DNA of 14,548 nucleotides from Candidatus Altarchaeum sp. (GTDB taxonomy: Archaea > Altiarchaeota > Altiarchaeia > Altiarchaeales > Altiarchaeaceae). This document shows positions 14,498-14,548 of the stretch, piece after piece. The notes below the pieces were generated by a model, which saw only the letters and a list, made by a program, of their open reading frames with translations, searched no databases and was not told the DNA's origin. Location of the stretch: contig JAGWDQ010000013.1 in assembly GCA_018260615.1 (NCBI GenBank), positions 1 through 14,548 of the forward strand, written 5' to 3'. The position numbers were made by a program, and so were the translations under genes. Position 1 is the stretch's first letter; the number at the start of each line of letters is the position of its first letter.

Positions 14498-14548
14498 CGG
14501 AAATCCCGAATTAAGCGCAACTTTAAATATTACCTTTATGCAATATGA

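Overview
AT-rich archaeal DNA. Evidence for archaea: PurP, RibL-type FAD synthase, archaeal TruD and NMN adenylyltransferase, and a C1:G72 tRNA-Tyr with a bulge-helix-bulge intron. An Altiarchaeota-like host is my unverified guess. Housekeeping genes (purP, tRNA-Asp, tRNA-Tyr, ribL, pheA, truD, nadM) alternate with accessory genes: a beta-rich unknown protein, a papain-family protease fragment, an SNase-like nuclease, tnpB, a secreted thioredoxin-like protein, a DUF6155-like protein and a type II R-M pair. Strongest unexplained signals: (1) a lone rearranged-RuvC tnpB bounded by 14-bp terminal inverted repeats and an 8/9-bp target-site-like duplication, which is DDE-transposon architecture rather than IS200/IS605 or IS607; (2) a MITE family (GTAACTA...TAGTTRC) that appears to grow from 60 to 402 bp by gaining hairpin modules, with two copies bracketing the nuclease; (3) a covarying hairpin repeat family in most long intergenic regions, read in frame in pheA and lying between a duplicated truD start; (4) a tRNA-Asp with C at both positions 13 and 55. 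All alignments and counts were done by eye, with no database searches.
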